Origin: a virus
Lineage: Duplodnaviria > Caudoviricetes
DNA: 52,956 nucleotides
Reading direction: 5' to 3' (one strand)
Virus record (IMG/VR): IMGVR_UViG_3300046808_000165
Coordinates: 1 to 52,956 of that record
The position numbers were made by a program, and so were the translations under genes. The notes below the pieces were generated by a model. The model worked only from the letters and a program-made list of their open reading frames with translations. It was not told the DNA's origin and made no database searches. Of the stretch, positions 1 through 9,428 are shown piece after piece (the stretch's first letter is position 1; each line of letters begins with the position of its first letter).

Positions 1-2
1 CT

Positions 3-2996
3 ATCCCAACTTATGATTATCCAAGCGCATCAACTGCAAAGCAGTATTTCTTCAAGACCCCATCAAATCAGTGGGCTTCATTGGGTTCAGCAGAATGGTT
101 AGAAGCATGGCCTTGCATTCAGGGTACTGAATCAAATCCAACACTAACTCCTGGTGATACAATGACGTTCAACATCAGTGGTGGTGGTACAACAACAGTA
201 ACAGTTCAGTCTAGCCCTAACAACTTAGTTTCTGTTTTAGCAGCCGATATTAATGCATTAGGCTTTACATATCTTTCAGCCGCAGTTAGCGGTGGTAAAT
301 TGCAAGTATTCTCAGCACAAACAGGTGGTGATCCAGCACAAACAGTTAAGTATCTAACTGTTTCAGGTACAGGTACATTGCTCAGTGATTTGGGTATTAC
401 GCCAGCAAGATACAATCAGTTAGGTTTCACATTAGGTACATCAAGCAGTCAGCCATTATGGCAGACAGGTCAGACAAACCCAAGACCAACAGGTTCAACA
501 TGGATCAAGATTGGTTCAGCAGGTAACGGTTTCGTGCCAGTTATCTCTTCATGGGACGATTTGAATGCAGTTTGGGTTCCTAAGACTGTAAGCAGTGCAA
601 CAAGCGACTGGGCCGCAATTGGTTCACTAGATTCAACTGGTGGTAAGGCAATTCCAGCAGGTACAGTATATGCTCAGTACAAGTATGACAATGAATATAA
701 CAACGGTCCAATGTATTATTGGGAGCGTTCAGCAGTAGGTGCAACAGTAGTTACTGGTAGCAACACTACTCCTAACTTTGCTTCAGGTCCATATACATTC
801 ACTGTACAAGTTTCATTGCCAGGTAGTTCATCACTAAGTTCTGTTTACACAGTATCATTAGCAGATAACACTGATGCAACTGACTTTGTAACTGCATGGT
901 CAGCGGCTGGTATTCCATTCACAACAGCAGTTGTACTAGACAGTGGTGCAATTCAGTTGTCACACACTGAAGGTGGTGTAATTGTAATGGATGACTATAA
1001 TACATCAACAGGCTTCAGTAATGGTGTATTAGCAGAAGCAGGCTTCATTGCTAATTCAACAACTGGTGTTAAGTATGGCCCATTTGCATCAACAGCATTT
1101 ACTCCTTCACAGGATTCAACAACTGGTGTAGGTACAGGCTTGCAGCCTACAATTTCAACATCATATGGTGTATATGATGTTGATCCTAGCACATTTGCAA
1201 ACTCTGGTTCAGGCTATGCAGTCGGTGACGAAGTTACATTCTTAGGCACAGACTTAGGTGGCGCAACTCCTGCTAATGACTTAACAATTATTGTTGGTTC
1301 AGTCGGTGGCGGCGGCGCAGTAACATCAGTATCATTTGTTTCAGGTGATGCCGCTCAATCATATTCTGTTCAATTGTCAAATTGGGTAGAGTTTGATATG
1401 ACTGCAAACGAAGGTGCACCAGTAAGTGCCCCAGCAAATAACACTAACTGGTTCTATTCAGTAGTTGATCAGGTTGATATCATGGTAAACACTGCTAGTG
1501 GTTGGGTTGGTTATAAGAACACTAACTACGACAGCAACGGTTTCCCAATCATTACTGGTAGTAACGCAACTGATCCTAACGGACCAATCGTAAGTGCAAG
1601 TGAACCAACACTACAAAGTGACGGTACTGCACTAGTTTACGGTGACTTGTGGATCGATACTAGTGATTTAGAAAACTATCCATTAATCAATCGTTGGCAG
1701 TTAGTCGACGGTACTGCTAAGTGGGTACGTATCGACAATTCAAACGGCACTGATTCAAACGGTATCATCTTCCAAGATGCACGTTGGGCCCCTAACGGCA
1801 CAACTAACCCAGCAAACGATCCTATCCCAACAATCGTAAGTTTGTTGACAAGTGATTATTTGGATCTAGATGCTCCAAGCAATACATTATATCCAGTAGG
1901 TATGATGTTGTTTAACACACGCCGTTCAGGTTACAACGTTAAGCAGTATCGTGTAAACTACTTTAATAATGATAGATTCCCAGATGAAACTCTTCCAAAT
2001 CAGAAGGATGCATGGGTATCATCAAGTGGTCTACAATCAAACGGTGCTCCTTATATGGGTCGTAAGGCTCAGAGAGCAATGGTTGTTCAGGCAATGAGAG
2101 CCGTAATTGACACTAACACTGCAATTCGTGATGAAGATAACTTCTTCAACTTAATGGCTACACCAAACTATCCTGAACTACAGCCTAACATGGTAACTCT
2201 CAACGCAGACCGCGGTGAAACAGGATTTATTATCGGTGACACACCATTACGTCTCCCGGATGACGCAACTGCAATTCAAGCATGGGCAACTAATGCCGCA
2301 GGTGCAACATCAACAGGCGAAGATGGTCTAGTAACACGTAGTACTTACATGGGTCTATTCTACCCAAGCGGTATTGCTCCAGACTTGTCAGGTAACTTAG
2401 TTGCTGTTCCAGCATCACACATGATGATTAGAACATTCCTAAGAAACGACACTGTTGCTTATCCTTGGTTAGCACCAGCAGGTACACGCCGCGGTATCAT
2501 TGATAACGCAACTAATATTGGTTACGTTAACGGTGAAACAGGTGAGTTCATTACTATTAAGACACGTATCGGTATCCGTGATGTATTGTATACAAATCAG
2601 ATTAACCCAATGGTGTTCTTCACTGGTAACGGATTACTCAACTACGGTAACAAGTCAAGTTTCAACTCATTGTCTGCACTTGATAGAATTAACGTAGCAC
2701 GACTAGTTGCTTATATCCGTCGTCAATTGACAATCGCGGCTCGTCCGTTCGTATTTGAACCAAATGATGCGTATACAAGACAGCAGATTAGCGGTGTTGT
2801 AGAAACATTGCTTGTTGACTTGGTAGCAAAACGAGGCGTCTATGACTACTTGGTTGTATGTGATGAGTCAAACAACACACCTGCAAGAATTGATAGAAAT
2901 GAACTATGGATTGACGTTGCAATCGAGCCTGTTAAGGCAGTCGAATTCATCTATGTCCCAGTACGTATCTTCAACACAGGTGAACTAAGCAGTTAA
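3..2996 (+). CDS. gp18: Tail sheath protein (5'-truncated by window edge)
   Basis: Frame is open from base 3 (IPTYDYPSAS...), so the TTG at 81 is not the true start; C-terminus has sheath motifs YPWLAPAGTRRG, RINVARL, FVFEPND, VVCDESNNTPARIDRNELWIDVAIEPVKAVEFIY. Confidence 0.95.
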   Translation: MPTYDYPSASTAKQYFFKTPSNQWASLGSAEWLEAWPCIQGTESNPTLTPGDTMTFNISGGGTTTVTVQSSPNNLVSVLAADINALGFTYLSAAVSGGKLQVFSAQTGGDPAQTVKYLTVSGTGTLLSDLGITPARYNQLGFTLGTSSSQPLWQTGQTNPRPTGSTWIKIGSAGNGFVPVISSWDDLNAVWVPKTVSSATSDWAAIGSLDSTGGKAIPAGTVYAQYKYDNEYNNGPMYYWERSAVGATVVTGSNTTPNFASGPYTFTVQVSLPGSSSLSSVYTVSLADNTDATDFVTAWSAAGIPFTTAVVLDSGAIQLSHTEGGVIVMDDYNTSTGFSNGVLAEAGFIANSTTGVKYGPFASTAFTPSQDSTTGVGTGLQPTISTSYGVYDVDPSTFANSGSGYAVGDEVTFLGTDLGGATPANDLTIIVGSVGGGGAVTSVSFVSGDAAQSYSVQLSNWVEFDMTANEGAPVSAPANNTNWFYSVVDQVDIMVNTASGWVGYKNTNYDSNGFPIITGSNATDPNGPIVSASEPTLQSDGTALVYGDLWIDTSDLENYPLINRWQLVDGTAKWVRIDNSNGTDSNGIIFQDARWAPNGTTNPANDPIPTIVSLLTSDYLDLDAPSNTLYPVGMMLFNTRRSGYNVKQYRVNYFNNDRFPDETLPNQKDAWVSSSGLQSNGAPYMGRKAQRAMVVQAMRAVIDTNTAIRDEDNFFNLMATPNYPELQPNMVTLNADRGETGFIIGDTPLRLPDDATAIQAWATNAAGATSTGEDGLVTRSTYMGLFYPSGIAPDLSGNLVAVPASHMMIRTFLRNDTVAYPWLAPAGTRRGIIDNATNIGYVNGETGEFITIKTRIGIRDVLYTNQINPMVFFTGNGLLNYGNKSSFNSLSALDRINVARLVAYIRRQLTIAARPFVFEPNDAYTRQQISGVVETLLVDLVAKRGVYDYLVVCDESNNTPARIDRNELWIDVAIEPVKAVEFIYVPVRIFNTGELSS

Positions 2997-3004
2997 TGAA
3001 ATAT

Positions 3005-3035
3005 AAAGTGAGTGTCTTTCGAGGCACTCACTTTT
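3005..3035 (+). terminator. Intrinsic terminator after sheath gene
   Basis: AAAGTGAGTGTCT-TTCG-AGGCACTCACTTTT hairpin with UUCG loop and T-tract. Confidence 0.85.
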
Positions 3036-3038
3036 AAT

Positions 3039-3046
3039 GATAAATA
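3039..3046 (+). promoter_or_regulatory. T4-like late promoter (GATAAATA)
   Basis: Variant of T4 TATAAATA about 20 nt upstream of the tube gene, followed by AGGAG RBS; motif recurs before many genes. Confidence 0.75.
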
Positions 3047-3066
3047 CATATAACAGGAGAATTTAA

Positions 3067-3711
3067 ATGGCAACAGCCTCACAATCATTGTTTAACATGA
3101 CCGTAGCATCAGATAATGCTGGCGGCAATCAAGGTCTGTTAATGCCTAAGTTGCAATTCCGTTTCAGAGTTAACTTTTTGAATTTCGGTGTTGACGCTAC
3201 AGGCGGACTAAGCCTCACTAAGCAGGTTATCGATTGCTCACGTCCAAACTTATCATTTGCTGAAATCCCACTACAAGTGTACAACTCAACTTTAAAAATT
3301 GCAGGTAAGCACACTTGGGCAGATATGACAGTTAACATCCGTGACGATGCTTCTGGCAGCGTTTCAAAGGCTGTTGGTCAGCAACTACAGAAGCAAATGG
3401 ACTTTGTTGAGCAGGCATCTGCGGCAACAGGTCAGGACTATAAGTTCCAAACAAACATCGAAATTCTAGACGGTGGTAACGGTGCTCTTGCTCCAACTGT
3501 CTTAGAAACATGGGAACTATATGGTTGCTTCTTAAAGTCAGCAAACTATAACGCATTGAACTATGGTACATCAGAAGCAGTAACTATTGCTTTGACTATC
3601 GCTTATGATAACGCAGTACAATCACCACTCTCAAGCGGTGTTGGCGCAAGCGTAGGTCGTGCATTGTCTGGTTCTACTGGTATCGCTACAGGTATCGGCG
3701 GACAGACTTAA
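3067..3711 (+). CDS. gp19: Tail tube protein
   Basis: Follows sheath; FRFRVNF, AGKHTWADMTVNIRDD, WELYGCF, LTIAYDNA pattern typical of gp19-like tubes. Confidence 0.85.
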   Translation: MATASQSLFNMTVASDNAGGNQGLLMPKLQFRFRVNFLNFGVDATGGLSLTKQVIDCSRPNLSFAEIPLQVYNSTLKIAGKHTWADMTVNIRDDASGSVSKAVGQQLQKQMDFVEQASAATGQDYKFQTNIEILDGGNGALAPTVLETWELYGCFLKSANYNALNYGTSEAVTIALTIAYDNAVQSPLSSGVGASVGRALSGSTGIATGIGGQT

Positions 3712-3733
3712 TAGTATAAGGTTCTGAGGTCAC

Positions 3734-4975
3734 ATGGCTGGCTTTGTACAGAATCTATTACAGGACGCTGCCGGAGCATTCTTCGGCAGCGATTACCTAA
3801 GGGATTATACCCACGCCTCAAAAACGTTTAGGACGAATAATTATCAAAACGCTCCTAAACTTAAATTCCTATATCACACATACTTTGAGATTAATCCTGA
3901 AGCCTTCGTTGGATTTAACAGTGAAGGCGTAGGGCCTGTCAATGCTGGTACTAATTTTGGCTTGTTGGTCAAAGAAATTAAACTACCAACATATTCTTTT
4001 AATACTGTACAATTAAATCAGTACAATCGTAAAAGAATTATTCAAACTAAAATTAAGTATGATCCAATTGATGTTACTTTTCACGATGATAATGGTGATC
4101 AAGTAAATCAATTATGGCAAGCGTACTATACCTATTACTATAACGATGGGGCAAAGCCTAACGTTCAGTTTGGTGGTAGTAGAGGTGCTCAAGGTCAAGG
4201 TCCTAATAATTATAACGAACGTAACATTTATAATGACTCAATCACCGGCGATGATGATTGGGGTTACAATCCTCAGTCCTCATACGGAAATGATCCTGTA
4301 AAAGTTCCGTTCTTCAAAAGTATTACTGTATTTGGATTTAATCAACATAATTTTACCGCATACACATTAATTAATCCTCTTATTACTAGTTTTTCACATG
4401 ATACCTATAATTATAGTGAAGGCAATGGTGTTATGAGTAATAGAATGTCTATTGACTATGAAACTGTTGTTTATAATTATGGTAAATTAGATGGACGTGA
4501 TCCAGGAAATATCGTAACTGGATTTGGTGATCAGGCAACATATGATAGAACTGAAAGTCCAATCAGTAAACCAGGCGCTAATGGTACAATTCTTGGTCAA
4601 GGTGGATTAGTTGACGCTGCCGGCGGCACATTGGCTGCATTACAACGTGGTGATTTGTTAGGTGCTGTTAAAACTGCAGGTACTGCATACAACACATTTA
4701 AGAATACAAATATTAAACAAGTTGCCGCAGCCGAATTAACTGCTATGTTGCGCAACTCAGTTACTAACACACCCAATACACGCAACACATTGTTTGACTT
4801 CCCAGCGGCTGGATCAACTCCTGGACCATTAGGAACAGCAGGCGCCCCACCAATAGGCACACAAAACGCAGGAAATGGTTCATCTCAGCCTATTATTAGT
4901 AATGAACCTATAGCAGGTACACAGTTTAATGGCGGTGACCTAACAACTGGTCCTCGTGTAGATACTGGCGGCTAA
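3734..4975 (+). CDS. Tail-tube-fold baseplate/tube initiator protein (gp48/gp54-like)
   Basis: VKEIKLPTYSF..QYNRKRIIQTKIKYDPIDVTFHDD resembles tube-fold signature; position after tube. Confidence 0.6.
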   Translation: MAGFVQNLLQDAAGAFFGSDYLRDYTHASKTFRTNNYQNAPKLKFLYHTYFEINPEAFVGFNSEGVGPVNAGTNFGLLVKEIKLPTYSFNTVQLNQYNRKRIIQTKIKYDPIDVTFHDDNGDQVNQLWQAYYTYYYNDGAKPNVQFGGSRGAQGQGPNNYNERNIYNDSITGDDDWGYNPQSSYGNDPVKVPFFKSITVFGFNQHNFTAYTLINPLITSFSHDTYNYSEGNGVMSNRMSIDYETVVYNYGKLDGRDPGNIVTGFGDQATYDRTESPISKPGANGTILGQGGLVDAAGGTLAALQRGDLLGAVKTAGTAYNTFKNTNIKQVAAAELTAMLRNSVTNTPNTRNTLFDFPAAGSTPGPLGTAGAPPIGTQNAGNGSSQPIISNEPIAGTQFNGGDLTTGPRVDTGG

Positions 4976-4995
4976 TTTTATTCTGTTTTTAGTTG

Positions 4996-5003
4996 CATAA
5001 ATA
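4996..5003 (+). promoter_or_regulatory. Late promoter (CATAAATA)
   Basis: Motif 5 nt before ATG at 5009. Confidence 0.6.
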
Positions 5004-5008
5004 GTATT

Positions 5009-5368
5009 ATGGCAACTATATCTAATCGCAACACACTTGATCAAACTGTAAGAATTTTCGACAATTTCTATAATACGAAACTTGTCGTTAATGCCGCTGA
5101 CTTTGATGTGGTATATTCTTACTTCAAAGGCGCATCACAGAACACTAAAATTGCGGCTAACTTTACTGCACTCTTATTCAGAATAGCACAAGAAAGCGGC
5201 GTCAATGTTATAGAATTATTAGAGATTATTAAGGGTCAACCTAATAAACTACAAATGAATAAAGTAATTTGTTATTATCTTAATAGTTTTAAGAGTAAAG
5301 CATCACTATACGGTATCGGTAATATTCCTAAGCCAAACGAAGCAGTACAAAGAAACGTAGTGTTATGA
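5009..5368 (+). CDS. Hypothetical protein
   Basis: 119-aa ORF packed in the structural operon. Confidence 0.8.
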   Translation: MATISNRNTLDQTVRIFDNFYNTKLVVNAADFDVVYSYFKGASQNTKIAANFTALLFRIAQESGVNVIELLEIIKGQPNKLQMNKVICYYLNSFKSKASLYGIGNIPKPNEAVQRNVVL

Positions 5369-5369
5369 T

Positions 5370-5810
5370 ATGGCTAAGTATGCACAAGGTATCTATACCC
5401 CTAAGAATCCTCAAAAATACATAGGAAAACATAAGCCTAAATATAGGTCAGGATGGGAACTAACATTCATGACCTTTTGCGATTCAAATGACAACGTGCT
5501 TTACTGGGCCAGTGAAGCCATGACTATCCCATATAAACATCCAGTAACGGGTAAACCTACAAACTATATCCCTGATTTTTTCGTAGTATATGAAAACAAA
5601 TACGGAAAGAAAATGGCAGAAGTAGTTGAGATTAAACCTAAAAAACAAAGTCTTATCGAAAGTAAAGCCGCTAGTGCCAAAGATAGAATGATTGTAGCAA
5701 TCAATCATGCTAAATGGGCAAGTGCTATGGCATATTGTAAAAGTCAAGGCTTTTCATTCCGTGTAATTACTGAGGACGATTTGTTTTACAATGGAAGAAA
5801 AGGGAAATAA
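5370..5810 (+). CDS. gp4: Head completion protein, gp4-like (TnsA-like endonuclease fold)
   Basis: PKNPQKYIG, YRSGWE, WASE, YIPDF, EIKPKKQ, NHAKW, FRVITE motifs. Confidence 0.9.
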   Translation: MAKYAQGIYTPKNPQKYIGKHKPKYRSGWELTFMTFCDSNDNVLYWASEAMTIPYKHPVTGKPTNYIPDFFVVYENKYGKKMAEVVEIKPKKQSLIESKAASAKDRMIVAINHAKWASAMAYCKSQGFSFRVITEDDLFYNGRKGK

Positions 5811-5818
5811 ATACTTGC

Positions 5819-6307
5819 ATGACACGTAAGTTAGAAGAACTATTTGATATGGCAACTAATGAATCTCCCAATGGAGATATCACTGATCCCTTGCCTGAAC
5901 AGACCGCAGAAGTAACTGAAACTGCACTTGAAAATTTAGATAAGATTGAACAAGCACTACCACAAGTCAGAGGCTTAGAAGCAGCCGATAATGAAATGGA
6001 TGAACTTGCATCACTTGCAACATCAAGTTATAAAGATTTGATGGATTTAGGTATGCAAGTAGATAGTAGATTTAGTAGTGAGATATTTGGTGTAGCAAGT
6101 AGCCTATTAGGGCATGCTATTACTGCTAAGACTGCTAAATTGAATAAGAAATTAAAGATGATTGACCTTCAATTAAAGAAGGCACAGTTAGATCAGAAAC
6201 TCGCCGCTAAGACAGAACAAGTAGAAAATACCCCCTTAGGCGAGGGACAAGCATTAGATCGCAATGAGTTGCTTAAGGCCCTCATCGCAAAAACTGAGAA
6301 TAAATGA
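5819..6307 (+). CDS. Helical hypothetical protein, possibly terminase small subunit
   Basis: 162-aa helical/coiled-coil ORF after AATAAATA (5806-5813); C-terminal DRNELLK loosely resembles T4-like TerS ends; function is a guess. Confidence 0.45.
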   Translation: MTRKLEELFDMATNESPNGDITDPLPEQTAEVTETALENLDKIEQALPQVRGLEAADNEMDELASLATSSYKDLMDLGMQVDSRFSSEIFGVASSLLGHAITAKTAKLNKKLKMIDLQLKKAQLDQKLAAKTEQVENTPLGEGQALDRNELLKALIAKTENK

Positions 6308-6313
6308 TAAATA
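6306..6313 (+). promoter_or_regulatory. Late promoter (GATAAATA)
   Basis: Motif upstream of ATG at 6333. Confidence 0.7.
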
Positions 6314-6332
6314 TCAGATACGGGAATTGAAT

Positions 6333-6956
6333 ATGAAAAGCCTAAAACAATACATTTTTGAGAGTGTGCATACTTATAATTGCACTATTAAAATCGCCGG
6401 TGAGGTCGATAAGAACTTCCTAGACCTATTTACATATAATCTTAAGAAGTTCGATCCTATCGAAATCTCATCTCCAACTACTACACCCATTCAAAAAGAC
6501 CCATATGGGTTTCCCAATCTAGCAAATGTACCAGTGACTATCATTAAAGGTAAGTTTCGCTATCCAGCGACAGAGCCAATGGTTCAACAAATGGCACAGT
6601 TACTAGGTTACAACGTTGATATGGTTCGTGTAGTTAATACTAACTATGATGATAGTATTAATGTTGAAAATGAAGAATACGAAAATCAAATGAAAGAAAG
6701 CCCACTACTAACTCATGAAGAAATGGGTTCAGCAGCCGGTGCAGAACAAGCAAATAAAGATTACAGCAATTCATATTTGAACAGTATTAAAGATCAAACT
6801 AAATCTGATAAAATTGGTATCCCTTATGCAGGTAAAGAAACACCTAATGCGTTTGACCCGTTCAAGCCATACTTAGATGATAAGCAGTTAGGTGATAAGA
6901 GTCCAATGAGTAAGATTAGTAGACCACCGAAGCCTAAGACTGGTGCGATGGTATAA
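6333..6956 (+). CDS. Hypothetical late protein with capsid-targeting-like N-terminus
   Basis: Start reassigned to ATG 6333 (after late promoter); begins MKSLKQYIFES. Confidence 0.75.
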   Translation: MKSLKQYIFESVHTYNCTIKIAGEVDKNFLDLFTYNLKKFDPIEISSPTTTPIQKDPYGFPNLANVPVTIIKGKFRYPATEPMVQQMAQLLGYNVDMVRVVNTNYDDSINVENEEYENQMKESPLLTHEEMGSAAGAEQANKDYSNSYLNSIKDQTKSDKIGIPYAGKETPNAFDPFKPYLDDKQLGDKSPMSKISRPPKPKTGAMV

Positions 6957-6974
6957 CATTTAGAGGATATAAAA

Positions 6975-9323
6975 ATGAATTTCAAAGACATGTTAGAAAC
7001 ATTAGGCCAATTGTCAGAGGCTACTGAAAAAACAAAGACAGGTGTTAAGCACACTGCGGATGCAGGCGGCTATGGTCGTAAGTTTGACACCGATGAAGAA
7101 GGTGATGAGAAAAAGAAGGACGCGGCGCCAGCGGCAAAGCGTGGTAGAGGCCGTCCTGCTAAGGGCAGTGATGAAACAGGCAATGTCAAGAAGTATGATG
7201 ACAAAGCACTAGGTTCTGTATTCGGCGGTGGTAAGAAGCCAAAGAAAGAAGTAGGCACTGTTTCTAAAAAGCACACTCTTAAAGATTGGTTCGAGCGTGT
7301 TGACGCTGAATTTATTGCTGAAGCAGAGCAAGTCACAATGGAGCCTGCAAAGCAGAACACTCAAGTTATCAAGCAAGGTAATAAGACATTAGGTACAGTT
7401 TCAAATCCACAGTTGGCAGCACAAATCAAGCAGTCAATTGGTAAAGGTGAAATGAGTCTTGCGGGCGGCCAATTAGGTGAAGAGTCTGACGAATATAGTG
7501 CTACAAAGGCACGTGCTGGCAAAGACATTGGTAAGCCAGGTAAGAACTTTGCTAAGATTGCAAAGAGTGCAGCCGCAAAGTACGGCTCTAAAGAAAAAGG
7601 CGAGAAGGTAGCAGGTGCAGTACTTGCTAAACTCCGTTCAAAAACTAACGAAGTTGAACAACCTACTATGGATAATATGACTGCTATGGGTGCAAACTTA
7701 GGTGCAGGTCGTAGTCAGACAACACTAGAAGGCAAAAAGCCAGACTTCTTAGATTTGGACAAAGACGGTAACAAGAAAGAATCAATGAAGAAAGCCGCAG
7801 CCGATAAGAAGAAGGTAAAAGAAGGTATGAATCATAAATTACAAGCGGCCCGTCTAGAGGGTAAATCACATGGTCTAAAAGGTCATTCACACTGTGGTAA
7901 AAACTACCAAGACATGGAAGAAGCACGTATGTATCACGAAGGCTACAAAGAAGGCCTCGATGAGTGCTATGGTATGAAGCCAATTCAAGGCATGGTAGAT
8001 GAGATGGATGCTCCAGCAACTCCGCCAGCAACAGTAGGTGGTATGGCTGATCAGGCTATGGAAATGGCTGCTATGGAAGCAGAAATGGACGAAGGCAATG
8101 CATTTACTGCCGCACTAGCAAAAACACCAAAAGGTGGTAAGTTCTCAGTAGGTGGTAAGACATTTACTGATCGTAGCGATTATAGTTCAAAGATTGATGA
8201 ATTTGCATTCGAATCATTAGATCGTGAACTACAAAAGTTATTAACTGAAGGTGACGAAAAGATTGAAGAAGGCATGACTGTTTCAATCAGCAAAGGTCAG
8301 CAAGGTGCTCCTGATTCAGTATCAGTGTCAGCACAAGACGGCGAAGCCGATCAGTTGTTATCATTGATTAAATCAGCAGGTTTAGGCTTGTTTGGTGGTG
8401 AAGAGCAACACAGTGACTACGGGGCACCAGCAGATGGTGCCGATCATGGTGGCATTAAGGTAATTGATGACCATGATGGCATGCTTGCTCTTATGAAGAA
8501 AATGTCAGGTGGCGATGAACACGGTTCAGAAGATTACGCTGACGAAGAAGGTCATGATCACGATGACGAAATGTGCAACGAATGTGGCACAATGATGACT
8601 GCCGAAGGTGGTTGTGGTTGTGATGAAGGCAAAGAAATGGTCGATGAAGTAGAATCAGAAGACCAAATGGAATTTGAAGTTGCAGAAGATAATGCTCCAG
8701 ATTCAGAAGAAGCAGAACACACTGCCGATGAAGAATCAGAAGCACAAGAAGATATGGCACTTGCTAAAGCCGCACAACAAAACAAGACAACTACTTTCAA
8801 CGAAGGTGGCGATGGTCCAGAAGCCAGTGAAGAAGGCGCAGAAGATATGTCTGCAACTGGTGACGAAGATGGTGAAGAAGTATCAGAATCATTTAGTTTC
8901 ACAGACTTATACAAGAAACTAGTATTCATGGAAGAATCAACCGCTGAGAAGGACGATAAGGCTGAGAAGGCTGGTAAGAAAGTCGCTAAAGATATCGAAT
9001 ATGATGAAGGTCATAAGGGCAAAGACGATGACAAGGCAGAACGTGCCGGTAAGAAAGTTGCTAAAGATATCGAATACGATGACAAGAAAGACAAGAAAGA
9101 AAAGGTTGATGAGTGGGCAAATCAAGCAGGTCCAGGACCCGGTAAAGGTACTGACGCAAGTTTTGAACAAGACATTGACTTTATGACTAAGGTAATCGCA
9201 GGTGGTTTGAACAAGCCTAAGTCAACTGGTCAGACAACTATCCCTGTTGTTGCAAGTCAACTTGATAGATTGCATGACAATCCAAATGATTGGGCAACAC
9301 TTGCAGGTATCAGAAAGAAATAA
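6975..9323 (+). CDS. Large charged low-complexity protein, probable internal head/core protein
   Basis: GAGG RBS; alternating Lys-rich and Glu/Asp-rich blocks, AT-hook KRGRGRP, DLDKDGN loop, CNEC..CGC cluster, many xxE joints. Confidence 0.7.
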   Translation: MNFKDMLETLGQLSEATEKTKTGVKHTADAGGYGRKFDTDEEGDEKKKDAAPAAKRGRGRPAKGSDETGNVKKYDDKALGSVFGGGKKPKKEVGTVSKKHTLKDWFERVDAEFIAEAEQVTMEPAKQNTQVIKQGNKTLGTVSNPQLAAQIKQSIGKGEMSLAGGQLGEESDEYSATKARAGKDIGKPGKNFAKIAKSAAAKYGSKEKGEKVAGAVLAKLRSKTNEVEQPTMDNMTAMGANLGAGRSQTTLEGKKPDFLDLDKDGNKKESMKKAAADKKKVKEGMNHKLQAARLEGKSHGLKGHSHCGKNYQDMEEARMYHEGYKEGLDECYGMKPIQGMVDEMDAPATPPATVGGMADQAMEMAAMEAEMDEGNAFTAALAKTPKGGKFSVGGKTFTDRSDYSSKIDEFAFESLDRELQKLLTEGDEKIEEGMTVSISKGQQGAPDSVSVSAQDGEADQLLSLIKSAGLGLFGGEEQHSDYGAPADGADHGGIKVIDDHDGMLALMKKMSGGDEHGSEDYADEEGHDHDDEMCNECGTMMTAEGGCGCDEGKEMVDEVESEDQMEFEVAEDNAPDSEEAEHTADEESEAQEDMALAKAAQQNKTTTFNEGGDGPEASEEGAEDMSATGDEDGEEVSESFSFTDLYKKLVFMEESTAEKDDKAEKAGKKVAKDIEYDEGHKGKDDDKAERAGKKVAKDIEYDDKKDKKEKVDEWANQAGPGPGKGTDASFEQDIDFMTKVIAGGLNKPKSTGQTTIPVVASQLDRLHDNPNDWATLAGIRKK
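8949..9083 (+). repeat. Tandem in-frame duplication (KDDKAE[KR]AGKKVAKDIEYD x2)
   Basis: Two copies visible in protein and DNA with synonymous divergence. Confidence 0.85.
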
Positions 9324-9344
9324 TACTTCTTTCTATAATAGAAT

Positions 9345-9374
9345 AAAATAGCCGGGTCTCCCGGCTATTTTTTT
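9345..9374 (+). terminator. Intrinsic terminator
   Basis: AAAATAGCCGGG-TCT-CCCGGCTATTTTTTT. Confidence 0.9.
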
Positions 9375-9398
9375 GGATACGACACTTTAAACAAAAAC

Positions 9399-9406
9399 GA
9401 TAAATA
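9399..9406 (+). promoter_or_regulatory. Late promoter (GATAAATA)
   Basis: Directly after terminator, upstream of fibre gene with AAGGTG RBS. Confidence 0.75.
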
Positions 9407-9428
9407 CAAACATAAGGTGATTATTAAC

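Noticed and set aside
81-83. ORF-track start of the sheath gene at 81
   Set aside because: Frame is open to the window edge; real start is upstream
5370-5810. TnsA-like transposase or mobile element
   Set aside because: Motifs and context match T4 gp4 head completion protein; no terminal repeats or other Tns genes
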